Of a stretch of 64,000 nt of DNA, positions 50,320 to 60,509 are shown piece by piece. Every line of letters begins with the position of its first letter. Position 1 is the stretch's first letter. Below the pieces are notes generated by a model. It had not been told where the DNA came from, did no database searches, and saw nothing but the letters and a program-made list of their open reading frames with translations. Source of the stretch: Aureliella sp. (lineage in GTDB: Bacteria; Planctomycetota; Planctomycetia; Pirellulales; Pirellulaceae); the NCBI GenBank assembly GCA_963691875.1, contig OY829846.1, forward strand, positions 2,592,001 through 2,656,000. The letters are read 5' to 3'. Made by a program: the position numbers and the translations under genes.

Positions 50320-53300
50320 CTAATTGCCTCCTCGGCCCATCGACGCACCGTATTGCGGAGGCAGTGGAGGGAATTGAGCTTGAGGACCGAGAGTAGTATT
50401 CACTGGGACCGCCGCCGAAGCCGGTTGAACTGGATCCGCGTTTCTCGCTGGATTGGAGTTGTTCTGAATCGGAGCCGCATAACCAACTCCTGAAGTATTG
50501 GACTGCTGTGGAGGAAGCGGCAGTGGCGACGACTCACGAATGGACGCTGCACCGTCGGGCTGCTGCGGATTGAACTCTGGCGCCATGCGAACCGGCGGCG
50601 ATATCGTTCCGCGAGGATTGAGGTCAGGGTAGATGACTTCCGCTGGCTCGGCCGAATCTCTTAGGTTAGGGATCGCCATCGAGTACAAATCGGCTGAGCC
50701 ACGAATCTCACCGTGCAAGTCGAAGATGTCCGCTTCACACCAACTCATTCGTGCAAATTCAGCTTGCTTCAAGCGTTCCATGTCGGTCTGCGTACGCACA
50801 ACATGCGGAGTCATGATGATGACCAGTTCGTTGCGGTCCTGATTGAATAAGTCGTAGCGAAACAAATTCCTGAGGATCGGTATTTGCCCAAGGACTGGAA
50901 CGGATCGATGATTCGTGCGAGTGCTGCGAGAAATTAAACCGCCGAGAATGATAGTCTCGCCATCGGCAGCGCTCACCGTAGCTTGGGCTGTAATCGTATC
51001 GACTCGCGGTGAGCGAATCACCGTACCGTCGGAAGCGATCGAAACTGGGATGCCATCAGCCTCCGGCCCTAAACTCGACTTCTCGGCGTCAATCTCCATC
51101 ACCACATTGCCATCGGGACTGATACGCGGCGTGACACCAATGATCAGACCAACATTCTCGAGTTCGACATTATTCTGAGCACCGTTCTGGTTGATGATCG
51201 AATTCACAATCCGCGGAACGCGTTGGCCGACTTGAATGAATGCTTGCTGATTATCAAGCGTTAGCACCTGTGGCCGACTTAGGACTTCCAAGCGTCGGGA
51301 TTCCTGCAAGGCACGCAAGAGAAAGCTGACATTCTCGCTACTTGCACTCAATACCAAGCCGCCGAAGCCAAGCTCACTGTTCGTTCGTCCGACCGAGAAA
51401 TTCGAAACTCCCTGGTTGCCGACTTGTCCTGAAGAAGCAATAGCAGCACTCGAACCACTGTTGCCAAGTCCGCTCGGCGAGTTAAATAAAAAGCCTGGTA
51501 AATTGCTTGCCGCTACGATATCTTCGACAGTTTGCGTGACCACACCGGCCGGAGTCGAAGTGTTCGTCGTCGTGGTACGAGTGACTAGATCGCCAAGCAA
51601 GCTTCGATCAAAGAGCACCGAATTCTGCAGTCCAAGCTCCACACCGAACTCGTCCGTATTTCCGAGCGCGATTTCAGCAATCAGAACTTGAATCATGACT
51701 TGCGGAGGCGGCTGATCCAGCTGCTCGATCAAGTCAAGGATCTCGTCGAAGTAACGCGGCGTCGCGCTGAGAATCAGTTTGTTTTGCACTGCCTCAGGGA
51801 CGACGACGACTTCTTTTTCGATTTGCTCGAAGGGGTTCTCTTGTCCTGGTCCCGCTTGCTCTACCAGTCGTTTACTTCGCAGGAATTCGTTCACCGCAAG
51901 TGCCACATCGACCGCGGGCGAATTTTTGAGTCGATAGACCCTGTTCTTGCGCTGCATCGTATCGCTCTCATCGAGCCGCACAACCAGTGCTTCTACGATT
52001 CTCAGATCGCCGTCCGAACCGATTGCGATAACATTGTTGCCTCGCGCGTCGACCGTAAAACGCAAGGGGAGCAGCGAAGACTCACCGGGCGCTGAGGAAA
52101 GCTGAGGAGAAACATTGGCACCAGTTTGACTTGGAATCAACGCTCGCAGCGTCTCGACCATGGATGCCGCATTTCCATTCAAGACCGGGAAGATCTTGAT
52201 GCTTGCGATTCTCCCAGGAGCATCGATCTGATTAATCAGGTTGGCAATGAGCTCCAGGTTCTCAGGCGCCGTGGAGACGATTAGCGTATTGTTGCGTTCG
52301 TTGACCGTAATGGACGACTGCCCCAGAATCCCGCTAGTAGCCAGTGGTTTTCCGGTCTCGTCAAGCAGTTGCATGCTAGTGCCGGTTCCAGGTGTTGCGA
52401 TGGCTTGTTCCAAAGCCTGCGCGACGTCGGCTGCCAAGCTGTGGCGAATTGGAAACACCTTGGCTTGCTGCATCGACTTGGTCCGCGGGCTATCGATGCT
52501 CTCGAGTAGCCGGCGGATTTGTGCGAGGTCGTTGGTCGAAGAATGCACAATCAGAGAGTTTGTTCGACCGTCAGCCTGTACCGACGGAACAGAGCCGCCG
52601 CGCGATGTGAAGAAGTCCTGAAGTTGTGTCGTCGCTTGCTCGGCAGTGGTATGTTTTAAAGGAATCACCACGAAGCCAGAATCCGGATGGACGGGCATAT
52701 CGAGCTGAGCAATGAGATTCTTGATCAGCGTCATTGACTCCCCCCAGCCGACTAGTAACAGTGCGTTGGGCGATGTGATGGGAGTGACGCTCACGGTGCC
52801 TTGTCGCAGGTTAGTTAGCTCCTGGACTTGCTCTTGAACCACGATACCAATCGCCCTGGCTTGCACATGTTTCAATGGAACGAGTTCAATCTGAGGCTGA
52901 GCCTCACGGCTGGCAGCGTCCAATCGTCGAACGATCTCGGCTAGTTCACCAAGCTGTTTTTCGCGACCGCGAATGATGATCGCATCGATCTCTGGCAGGA
53001 TATCTACATCTACTTCGCCAAACTGCGGCAATGCGAGCTTGGTCTTTTGCTTGAGCGGATTCCCTTCGTCGCTGCTTCCTGGCTGCGGCGTAATCGGGAC
53101 ACCATCCTGCATCGCAACCGGAGTCGGGAAGGACGCTTGGCGGAAAGGTTTGCTCGACTGCGGCGGCCTTGGCCGACTCGAAAATTGAGACAGAGCAACG
53201 CGACCACGTGAGTTGAGCCGCAGGATTTGAACGCCATCGGCAGGATCAACTTTGTCGATCAACTTAGTGAGTCGCTGCAGCTGCCCTGCCAATTTTTCTT

Positions 53301-53664
53301 CGCCAGCAATGATGACGCCGCCATTGTCAGCAAACTGTATGTCTGCCGAAGCTCCCGCAACTTGAACGCGGAGCCGTCTTGGATCGGGCTGACTGAGGGC
53401 TCCTGGACTGGAGAATACGTTCCGCATACCGTTGAATAGAGAAACGTACTGGGATTCCGCCAGCGACACACTGTACAAGCGTGTGTTCTGCGACTTTACT
53501 TCCTCTTGCTGCCCGAGTGTTGGCAGCTGTGCTTGCGCTTGCAAGTTCATGGAACCGATCGCGCACAGCAGTGTGAGGAGAAAGCGACAACATCCCAGGT
53601 ATCTTGGCATTTCGACTCCGCCCAGCACGGACGCACTGCGAAAGAAGCTCGCTATCACGCGCAT
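50320..53664 (-). CDS. gspD: Secretin GspD with ~7 N-domain repeats
   Basis: PPQVMIQVLIAE, LSRPQVLTLDNQQAFIQVGQRVP, GVTPRI, DGETIILGGLI, VPVLGQIPIL..LF and ELVIIMTPHVV. The start may be 53610 (GGAG RBS). Confidence 0.92.
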   Translation of the reverse strand: MRVIASFFRSASVLGGVEMPRYLGCCRFLLTLLCAIGSMNLQAQAQLPTLGQQEEVKSQNTRLYSVSLAESQYVSLFNGMRNVFSSPGALSQPDPRRLRVQVAGASADIQFADNGGVIIAGEEKLAGQLQRLTKLIDKVDPADGVQILRLNSRGRVALSQFSSRPRPPQSSKPFRQASFPTPVAMQDGVPITPQPGSSDEGNPLKQKTKLALPQFGEVDVDILPEIDAIIIRGREKQLGELAEIVRRLDAASREAQPQIELVPLKHVQARAIGIVVQEQVQELTNLRQGTVSVTPITSPNALLLVGWGESMTLIKNLIAQLDMPVHPDSGFVVIPLKHTTAEQATTQLQDFFTSRGGSVPSVQADGRTNSLIVHSSTNDLAQIRRLLESIDSPRTKSMQQAKVFPIRHSLAADVAQALEQAIATPGTGTSMQLLDETGKPLATSGILGQSSITVNERNNTLIVSTAPENLELIANLINQIDAPGRIASIKIFPVLNGNAASMVETLRALIPSQTGANVSPQLSSAPGESSLLPLRFTVDARGNNVIAIGSDGDLRIVEALVVRLDESDTMQRKNRVYRLKNSPAVDVALAVNEFLRSKRLVEQAGPGQENPFEQIEKEVVVVPEAVQNKLILSATPRYFDEILDLIEQLDQPPPQVMIQVLIAEIALGNTDEFGVELGLQNSVLFDRSLLGDLVTRTTTTNTSTPAGVVTQTVEDIVAASNLPGFLFNSPSGLGNSGSSAAIASSGQVGNQGVSNFSVGRTNSELGFGGLVLSASSENVSFLLRALQESRRLEVLSRPQVLTLDNQQAFIQVGQRVPRIVNSIINQNGAQNNVELENVGLIIGVTPRISPDGNVVMEIDAEKSSLGPEADGIPVSIASDGTVIRSPRVDTITAQATVSAADGETIILGGLISRSTRTNHRSVPVLGQIPILRNLFRYDLFNQDRNELVIIMTPHVVRTQTDMERLKQAEFARMSWCEADIFDLHGEIRGSADLYSMAIPNLRDSAEPAEVIYPDLNPRGTISPPVRMAPEFNPQQPDGAASIRESSPLPLPPQQSNTSGVGYAAPIQNNSNPARNADPVQPASAAVPVNTTLGPQAQFPPLPPQYGASMGRGGN

Positions 53665-53910
53665 GCAACAAAGGCAACTAATAATCAGCTCACAACAGAG
53701 AGCCAGCGGGATGTTAGGAAGCCGAGCAATTCACCGTCAAGCGAATTTCAATGCTGGCATTGGTCGTCCGACGCCCCACGAGACGACAATCAGCCCATGT
53801 AGGTCGAGGATGCGTAAGCCCAAACGACCGCATCGTCACCTTGCAGCGAGACACGCTACGATCGGCGACTTTGTTCGGACCACAGGCAAAATACCCAAGC
53901 CAATTTAAGA

Positions 53911-55329
53911 CTAAGCTAGCAATTCCTTGACGACTTTGCCGTGGACGTCGGTCAGACGATAGTCGCGGCCGCTGTAGCGATAAGTCAGCTTCTCGTGGTC
54001 TAATCCCATTTGGTGCAAAATCGTCGCGTGAAGATCGTGCACATGCACTCGGTTCTCGACAGCAGACAAACCAAATTCGTCTGTCGCCCCGTAGCTAATG
54101 CCGCCTTTGATACCGCCGCCAGCCATCCAAACCGTAAATCCATAGTGGTCGTGGTCACGGCCTTTCTGGCCTTCCGATGTTGGCGCTCGACCAAATTCAC
54201 CGCCCCAGATCACGAGAGTCTCGTCCAACATCCCACGCTGTTTCAAGTCTTTCAAAAGAGCTGCGATACCTTGATCGCAGGCGTCTGCTAATCGGCGGTG
54301 GCCGCCTGGGATATCGCCGTGGCCCGTATCCCAAGCGATATCGTAACCGTCGATCGAAAGCGAGATTTGCACCATCCGGACGCCGCGTTCAACCAATCGC
54401 CGAGCCAACAAACAACCTTTCGCATATTCAGTACCGCCATACAAGTCAAGTGTAGACTGGGTTTCCTGATTTGTATCGAACGCATCCGGAACGGCGAATT
54501 GCATCCGGAAAGCCATCTCCATCGACTGAATGCTTGCTTCCAATTGCCGATCGTGTTGCTGCCGCTGCAGATCGATTTGATTGAGCCGAGTCAGCAAGTC
54601 TGCTTGGCGCCGCTGGTCGGCTCGGGGTAGCCACTCATTCTTCAAATCCTCCACGATCCGATCTGGCTTCATGTCGTGGATATTTACATAAGTCCCCGTG
54701 TAGGCTCCTGGTAGAAAGGCGTTGCTCCAGTTCGCGAGTTTGTTGCGAGGTTGAGCTCGGGGGCTCATCGCAACGAATCCCGGCAAGTCTTGGTTTTCGG
54801 TCCCTAGTCCATAAACCAACCATGATCCCATGCTGGGGCGACTAGGCTGTAAGTGCCCAGCGTTCATCATCATCATGGCTCCAGCGTGTTCCGGAATGTC
54901 CGTGTGCATCGAGTGGATGAAGCAGATGTCGTCGACCATCTCGCCGACTTTCGGGAACAGATCGCTACACCACTTACCACATTGCCCGTACTGCCGAAAC
55001 GAAAACGGCGAAGGCATCAAGCCATTCTTAGTGTTGCGTAATGATTTACGATCGACGATCTCTGGACGCTGGCCCGCACATTTAGCTATGGCAGGCTTGT
55101 AGTCGAAGGTGTCGACCTGTGACGGGCCGCCGGGCATGAAGAGCTGAATGACGTGCTTGGCTTTGGGCGCAAAATGCGAAAGCTTGGGCGACAGGGGTGA
55201 AGCCGATACGTCCACTGCCGATGCTGAGCTATCTAGAACTCCGGCTAAACCGAGCGTTCCGAAGCCCGCGCCCAGCTGCCGAAGTGCATCGCGTCGAGTC
55301 AGCGTTGGCAATGGATTGCGATGAAACAT
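53911..55329 (-). CDS. DUF1501 domain protein (Tat-type signal)
   Basis: LTRRDAL, AKHVIQLFMPGGPSQVDTFD, RPSMGSW, WGGEFGR and GRDYRLTDVHG. ATG 55329 lies 2 bp after the PSD1 gene. Confidence 0.9.
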   Translation of the reverse strand: MFHRNPLPTLTRRDALRQLGAGFGTLGLAGVLDSSASAVDVSASPLSPKLSHFAPKAKHVIQLFMPGGPSQVDTFDYKPAIAKCAGQRPEIVDRKSLRNTKNGLMPSPFSFRQYGQCGKWCSDLFPKVGEMVDDICFIHSMHTDIPEHAGAMMMMNAGHLQPSRPSMGSWLVYGLGTENQDLPGFVAMSPRAQPRNKLANWSNAFLPGAYTGTYVNIHDMKPDRIVEDLKNEWLPRADQRRQADLLTRLNQIDLQRQQHDRQLEASIQSMEMAFRMQFAVPDAFDTNQETQSTLDLYGGTEYAKGCLLARRLVERGVRMVQISLSIDGYDIAWDTGHGDIPGGHRRLADACDQGIAALLKDLKQRGMLDETLVIWGGEFGRAPTSEGQKGRDHDHYGFTVWMAGGGIKGGISYGATDEFGLSAVENRVHVHDLHATILHQMGLDHEKLTYRYSGRDYRLTDVHGKVVKELLA

Positions 55330-55331
55330 GG

Positions 55332-57710
55332 CTACCTCACAAACATAAACTCGTTGGAACTTAACATGACTTGAGCGTATCGCTGCCAAGGGGTTAACGG
55401 ACCGTTCTCACCCTCTGCTGAATGCGTCAGGAACTCCAACCCTAGCTTCTTTTCCGCACCTGAGGGAAGACGTCCATAAAGCAACGAATACATACGTTCG
55501 ATCCGCGCAATCTCGCCCTTAACCTCTTCAATGCGGCAGACCAATGCTTTCGCTCGGTCGATCATGAAGCGACTGTTGAGTAAAAATAAGTATTGCTGAG
55601 GCACGATGCTTTTCGGGCGCTGAGCTACCGTGGCTCGCATCAGTGGAAAATCAAATCGCCGCAGAAAACTGTCTGTCTGATACACATCGCCATTGCGACT
55701 GACCTTTGCATACAAAGTTCGGCGTTTGGCTGAGACTATGTCGGCGAAAGGCGGCCCCCCCGGACTGACTTCGAGCTCTCCCGTCACGGAAAGCAGCGAA
55801 TCTCGCCAAGCCTCGACATCCATCCGCCGAGGGCTCATTCGCCACAACAATCGGTTGCCTCCGTCCACTCGAAAGTTCCCATCATGATGCAGGCTACTTC
55901 GCTGATAGGCATTCGACGTCATGATCGTTCGGTGCAGCTCTTTAAGCGACCAACCTTGGACGACAAATTGATCGGCCAAGTAGTCGAGTAGTTTTGGATG
56001 GGTTGGTTTTTCCCCAAGCACACCAAAGTTGCTAGGCGTGCGGACCAGGCCTTCACCAAAGTGATGCATCCAGATACGATTGACGAAAACGCGGACAGTC
56101 AAAGGATTGGCGGGGTCAATAATGGCTTCGGCCAAAGCTTTACGTCCGCTACCTTCAGTGAGAGGCCAATTTTCGCCCGAAGTTAGAATTCTCAAGAAAC
56201 GCCGTGGCGCCAAGTCACCCGTTTTTCGCAAGTTGCCGCGAATGGCGACTTTCATATCGCCACTTCCACCCTCGCGCAACGTATGAGCGATTTCGTAACC
56301 TGGCGGCGGATCTGCCCGAAGCGATTCGAGCCGAGTGCGAGCGACGTCGAGCTCCGCGTACTCATCTGTCGTTAGCTCTGATTCCTTGTTATTGAGCTTC
56401 TTTTCCAAACCCTTTCGACGTTTATCCAATTCGCCAACCTCGCGCTTGTGCGATTCGAAAGTTTGAACCACATTGGGATCAGCCAGCGGCATATCATGGA
56501 TGGCCGTGTTATTAAAGACTCCAGCTAGCGAATAGTAGTCCTGCTGCGGCACCGGATCAAACTTGTGGTCATGGCAGCGAGCACATGAACCGGTAATGCC
56601 AAGCAATCCGCGAGTGAGCGTATCGATGCGATCGTCGAGCGTCTCGCCTTTTGCTTGAGCCACACTATCTGGGTCGCCCCCGTCAGAACGGTATGTCGGC
56701 CCCAGAGCAAAGAAGCCAGTGGCGATTCCAGGATATTCGAGCTCCAAATCTTGTTCCAAGTCGCCTGCGATCTGAAATTGCAAAAAGCGATTGATCGGCA
56801 TGTTGTCGTTGAGTGCTTGGACAACCCAATCACGAAAACGCCATGCTTGTGGCAAAGCTGTGTTATCGAGAAAACCACCTTGACCATCACTGTACCTCGC
56901 TACATCAAGCCAATGCCGGGCCCAGCGTTGACCGTACAGCGGCGAGGATAGTAACTCCTCGATTAAATCTTGAATCGCCCGGTTCGAGTCCTTGGCTGAC
57001 TGTTTCTCAAATGCGGCGATTTGCGTCGGCGTTGGCGGAATGCCGATCAAGTCCAGGTAGACGCGGCGGACCAAGATTCGGGGCTCCGCGGGCGGCATGG
57101 CAGACAAACCTGCTTCGGCCAACTTATGATCGATAAAATAGTCAATTGCATTCCGGTTCGGTGCCAACTCAGGCAGCTCGGCTCTCCGCACAGGCTGCCA
57201 CGCCCAGTGTTCCTTTTGGGCGGCACGCCAATCAAACTTTTGCCAGTCGACCTTACTCGGCAACATGGTTCCATCCGAAGTAGTCACGCGAGGCCAGGGG
57301 GCTCCCAATTCAACCCAACGCCTGAGAACTTCTACTTGATCCGGTTTCAACTTCCCGTCCGGAGGCATCTCCAACGACTCCCAACGCACCGACTCCAGCA
57401 GCAAGCTGTGCTCGGGATCTTCTAAATCAACGGCTGCACCAGAATCACCGCCCTTGAGTAAGCCCTCGCGACTATCAACGTATAAGCCGCCTTTCAGTTC
57501 TGGCGCATCGGTACTGTGGCATTCGTAGCAATGTTTGATCAGCAGCGGTCGAATATGCTCTTCAAAGTACTCGATCTGCTCTGCAGGGAATTGCTTGCCC
57601 TCTTGCGACGATGCTGTGCGACAAACCAAGAAAACTGGGAGCAGAAATACAGCCCCAAGAATAGAGCCAAGCGTTCTTCTAATCAGTATATGTGTACAGC
57701 ACAACAACAT
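55332..57710 (-). CDS. Planctomycete cytochrome c / PSD1 (DUF1549-DUF1553) protein
   Basis: IRPLL..HCYECH, HWAWQP, RRVYLDLIG.PPT, WARHWLDVARY, CARCHDHKFDP, RVFVNRIW.HHFG, PTHP.LLDYLA and LSSNEF.FV. Confidence 0.93.
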   Translation of the reverse strand: MLLCCTHILIRRTLGSILGAVFLLPVFLVCRTASSQEGKQFPAEQIEYFEEHIRPLLIKHCYECHSTDAPELKGGLYVDSREGLLKGGDSGAAVDLEDPEHSLLLESVRWESLEMPPDGKLKPDQVEVLRRWVELGAPWPRVTTSDGTMLPSKVDWQKFDWRAAQKEHWAWQPVRRAELPELAPNRNAIDYFIDHKLAEAGLSAMPPAEPRILVRRVYLDLIGIPPTPTQIAAFEKQSAKDSNRAIQDLIEELLSSPLYGQRWARHWLDVARYSDGQGGFLDNTALPQAWRFRDWVVQALNDNMPINRFLQFQIAGDLEQDLELEYPGIATGFFALGPTYRSDGGDPDSVAQAKGETLDDRIDTLTRGLLGITGSCARCHDHKFDPVPQQDYYSLAGVFNNTAIHDMPLADPNVVQTFESHKREVGELDKRRKGLEKKLNNKESELTTDEYAELDVARTRLESLRADPPPGYEIAHTLREGGSGDMKVAIRGNLRKTGDLAPRRFLRILTSGENWPLTEGSGRKALAEAIIDPANPLTVRVFVNRIWMHHFGEGLVRTPSNFGVLGEKPTHPKLLDYLADQFVVQGWSLKELHRTIMTSNAYQRSSLHHDGNFRVDGGNRLLWRMSPRRMDVEAWRDSLLSVTGELEVSPGGPPFADIVSAKRRTLYAKVSRNGDVYQTDSFLRRFDFPLMRATVAQRPKSIVPQQYLFLLNSRFMIDRAKALVCRIEEVKGEIARIERMYSLLYGRLPSGAEKKLGLEFLTHSAEGENGPLTPWQRYAQVMLSSNEFMFVR

Positions 57711-57879
57711 GTGTCATCGAGTCGTGGGGAACGACCTTGGTAGACGAGGAAGAGGGAAGGTGGGTGGACAAGTTGCTTGGGCATGGTGGCCTGAGCTGTT
57801 ATTCTATTGTATCACAAGTGGTACAAGGTGATTTGTAATGCGCATTGATTCGGGAATTATTGATGACCGTGCGTATCTA

Positions 57880-57935
57880 GTAACCCGACGCATAAGCGAG
57901 GGAACTGGAGATCACTCGCTGACGCAGCGGGTGAC
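57880..57935. repeat. REP-like palindromic element (copy 3)
   Basis: GTAACCCGACGCATAAGCGAG ... CTCGCTGACGCAGCGGGTGAC. Confidence 0.7.
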
Positions 57936-58004
57936 CAATGTAAGCGCCAAAATGGGGGCTTTGCCACTTCAAGCACTATCGACCGCCATGGATGTCGTGC
58001 TTGT

Positions 58005-58505
58005 TCAGACTTCGCCGAGCCTCAAACGCTTTCGCCAAGCTCTCGGAATCGTCGGGTGATCGCCGTACAAACGCTTGATGAAATGCCGCCCCTTCCAGTC
58101 GGGACAATGTGCCTGCCAGCCCCAACGCTCCATTAGACGATCACTGATGCGTGTATTCATTACGTTACAGACAATTGCATTGCTGTCCTTTAGGCGAGCA
58201 ATTTCATCGAGCACCAAAGTTGCTGCATAGAGCGTGCCGAGCGAAGTTTGCGGTCCGCTATGCACAAAGTCCAAGGTGAGATACTTCGACGATCCCCAAG
58301 GCACGTGGTAAAAAATTTCACATCGGTCACTGATGAGCGTACGCCGCCACTTCCGCCAGTAAACCTCCATCAAGCTTCCTGTATGAGACCACCAACGTCC
58401 GTGGACAGCGCTGAGCCTGCTTTCATTGACAACAATGCGACCACATCGTCGTGCGCGTAGAAGTTCACCTTGGGAAGCGGGCTCGGTCAGGACGGGTAGC
58501 CCCAA
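58005..58505 (-). CDS. Hypothetical protein downstream of the prepilin peptidase
   Basis: Protein-like sequence LDEIARLK...AIVC.V.N.RISDRLMERWGW...GRHFIKR. The start is moved to TTG 58505 to avoid overlap with the peptidase. Confidence 0.6.
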   Translation of the reverse strand: MGLPVLTEPASQGELLRARRCGRIVVNESRLSAVHGRWWSHTGSLMEVYWRKWRRTLISDRCEIFYHVPWGSSKYLTLDFVHSGPQTSLGTLYAATLVLDEIARLKDSNAIVCNVMNTRISDRLMERWGWQAHCPDWKGRHFIKRLYGDHPTIPRAWRKRLRLGEV

Positions 58506-58519
58506 TTCGGCAACACAGT

Positions 58520-59770
58520 TTAGTGAGCGAAGCCGAGTGCCTGTTTGATCAATCGCCAAATCCACAGCATAACTCCCATCAAGGCAACGCAAGCAGCAAC
58601 GATCCCGACAATCATATCCGGGCCGATGACGAATAGTGGCGCTGCCCAACCAAACCAAATCTCATTCCAAAACACGAGTACCGCGACTGTCGCGGCACAC
58701 AAGTATGGCCCGTATGGCGTCAGTGGATCTCCCGTGATTGCCCAACGTACAAGCACAAACAGAATTGCAATCAAAGGCGCCATGAAGAACACCAGCAAGC
58801 TCGGCTGCCAGCCGATGTAAGTTCCGATCATCGCCATCAATGTCACATCCCCGAACCCGAGAGCTTCGACCCCAAGTCCCACAGAAGCAGATATGCGCAC
58901 CCCCCAAGTGATACCTGCCGCAAAAGCCATACCGAGAAGGCTACTCAACAGGTAAGTCCAGCGTCCAGGGTTGTCATTGCAGTAAACGTAGACGGTGACA
59001 CCCATCATGAGCAACATCGACACCAACACTGTGAGCCAGATGCTCTTGCGTCGGAACAGCTTGGCGAAGAAATATTCAAAGGCTTTCTTGTAACCGCGTC
59101 GTGTGATCCAACGGCGCTCAAGCAAGGCGAAGCCCCAGAGCGATAAGATTCCAAGACCAATCCATAGCCCTGCTATGCCATTAAATATTGGCGGCCAGAC
59201 AACCGGCAATGCCGCGTCCAGTTCAAGTGCACCTGGCGGAGGTAGAACGGGAGAAAATGGTAACCAAGCGTCAGCGAAAGCAGCTCCCATTACCCCGATA
59301 ATTGCACCTGGAATCGTTACGTAGTCTGGAATCGAATGTTCATCGAAATCGATAAACGTGGCAATCGTCATTAACACGAACAGGATGAAGTGCCCAGAGA
59401 ACTGCCATTGCAGTTGCTGCGTCCTGGCAGCATCGGGAAAGCCTGGGAGCGTTTGATATACGGCTGGAAACATCCAACCTGCTGTATAGGCACAGTAATA
59501 GCCGGTAACCAGAAGCGGAAACACTGCCTCGATGAGCAGCGGCCTGATCCAAAATCCCTTTGTGTGTACATCCGACTTGCCGAATTCACGACGCAGCAGA
59601 AACCAGCCCACGACGGGTAGATGATCCTGCCAATTCCGTTGGCAGCCTTCGGGAGCTGGCGCCCACGGCCCAAGCTTGCGAGCAAAATAGGCCCAAGTGT
59701 AGACGCCCCAGTTAATGAAGCGGGCAGCAACGACGGCAATCAGAAAGACGAGTGTAGCGCCAGTCGCCAT
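58520..59770 (-). CDS. Prepilin peptidase (A24 family, PilD/GspO-like)
   Basis: Polytopic membrane protein with the catalytic motifs ATFIDFD...IPD and GFGDVTLMAMIG...GWQ, plus PYGPYL. Confidence 0.88.
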   Translation of the reverse strand: MATGATLVFLIAVVAARFINWGVYTWAYFARKLGPWAPAPEGCQRNWQDHLPVVGWFLLRREFGKSDVHTKGFWIRPLLIEAVFPLLVTGYYCAYTAGWMFPAVYQTLPGFPDAARTQQLQWQFSGHFILFVLMTIATFIDFDEHSIPDYVTIPGAIIGVMGAAFADAWLPFSPVLPPPGALELDAALPVVWPPIFNGIAGLWIGLGILSLWGFALLERRWITRRGYKKAFEYFFAKLFRRKSIWLTVLVSMLLMMGVTVYVYCNDNPGRWTYLLSSLLGMAFAAGITWGVRISASVGLGVEALGFGDVTLMAMIGTYIGWQPSLLVFFMAPLIAILFVLVRWAITGDPLTPYGPYLCAATVAVLVFWNEIWFGWAAPLFVIGPDMIVGIVAACVALMGVMLWIWRLIKQALGFAH

Positions 59771-59819
59771 CGAGCGGACCTGAAAGAAAAGTGATTACGA
59801 AAGATTTTGGTGCGAGAGG

Positions 59820-60350
59820 CTAATTTGCCTGAGTTTTCAGCCAATGAACAATCTCACTCACTAATTCATCGGGCGCCTTTTCGTCGGTATCAACAGCCAA
59901 ATCCGCCAAGTCAGCGTAAAATGGCTCGCGAGTTTTTAACATTTCGACAACTTCCTCAAAACCGCCACGATCGGACAAATCCGGACGGCTTGTCAAACTG
60001 CTCGGATCCCCTGAAATTCGAGCAAAAAGGCTGTCCGCGCTACCACGCAGCCAAACACATTTTCCGTGGCGGCGAATCAGCTCCCGATTGGCTTCACGCA
60101 GAATAGCTCCACCACCAAGTGAAACGATTGCAGCCGTTTCGCTTTCAGATGCTTCCTTGACTGCGGCTTCCTCCAAGTCGCGAAACCCGGCCTCACCATC
60201 CTGTTCGAAAATCAGTTTGATTTCTCTTCCCGCCGACGCCTCAATCTGCTTGTCGGTGTCTATCAACGCGCGCTGGAGGGCATCCGACAAGCCACGCCCA
60301 ACAGTCGATTTCCCGCTGCCTCTGTAACCGATGAGAAAGAGATGCTGCAT
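59820..60350 (-). CDS. aroK: Shikimate kinase
   Basis: LIGYRGSGKSTVG, DTD..IE, IF..DGE..FRDLE, SLGGG and RP.L...R...Y. Confidence 0.95.
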   Translation of the reverse strand: MQHLFLIGYRGSGKSTVGRGLSDALQRALIDTDKQIEASAGREIKLIFEQDGEAGFRDLEEAAVKEASESETAAIVSLGGGAILREANRELIRRHGKCVWLRGSADSLFARISGDPSSLTSRPDLSDRGGFEEVVEMLKTREPFYADLADLAVDTDEKAPDELVSEIVHWLKTQAN

Positions 60351-60509
60351 TGTTCAAATAAGTTTGAGATTTGTAGAAACTCGCCCAAACGGATAGGTCA
60401 GATCGTTAGATTCGCCAGAATTCCGAAGACTATCCGCGGAACTCTGGCTCGAATACGGCGTGCAGCGTTGTTCTGGTAACCCCACAGAGTTACCCCACTA
60501 CAGTTGGAG

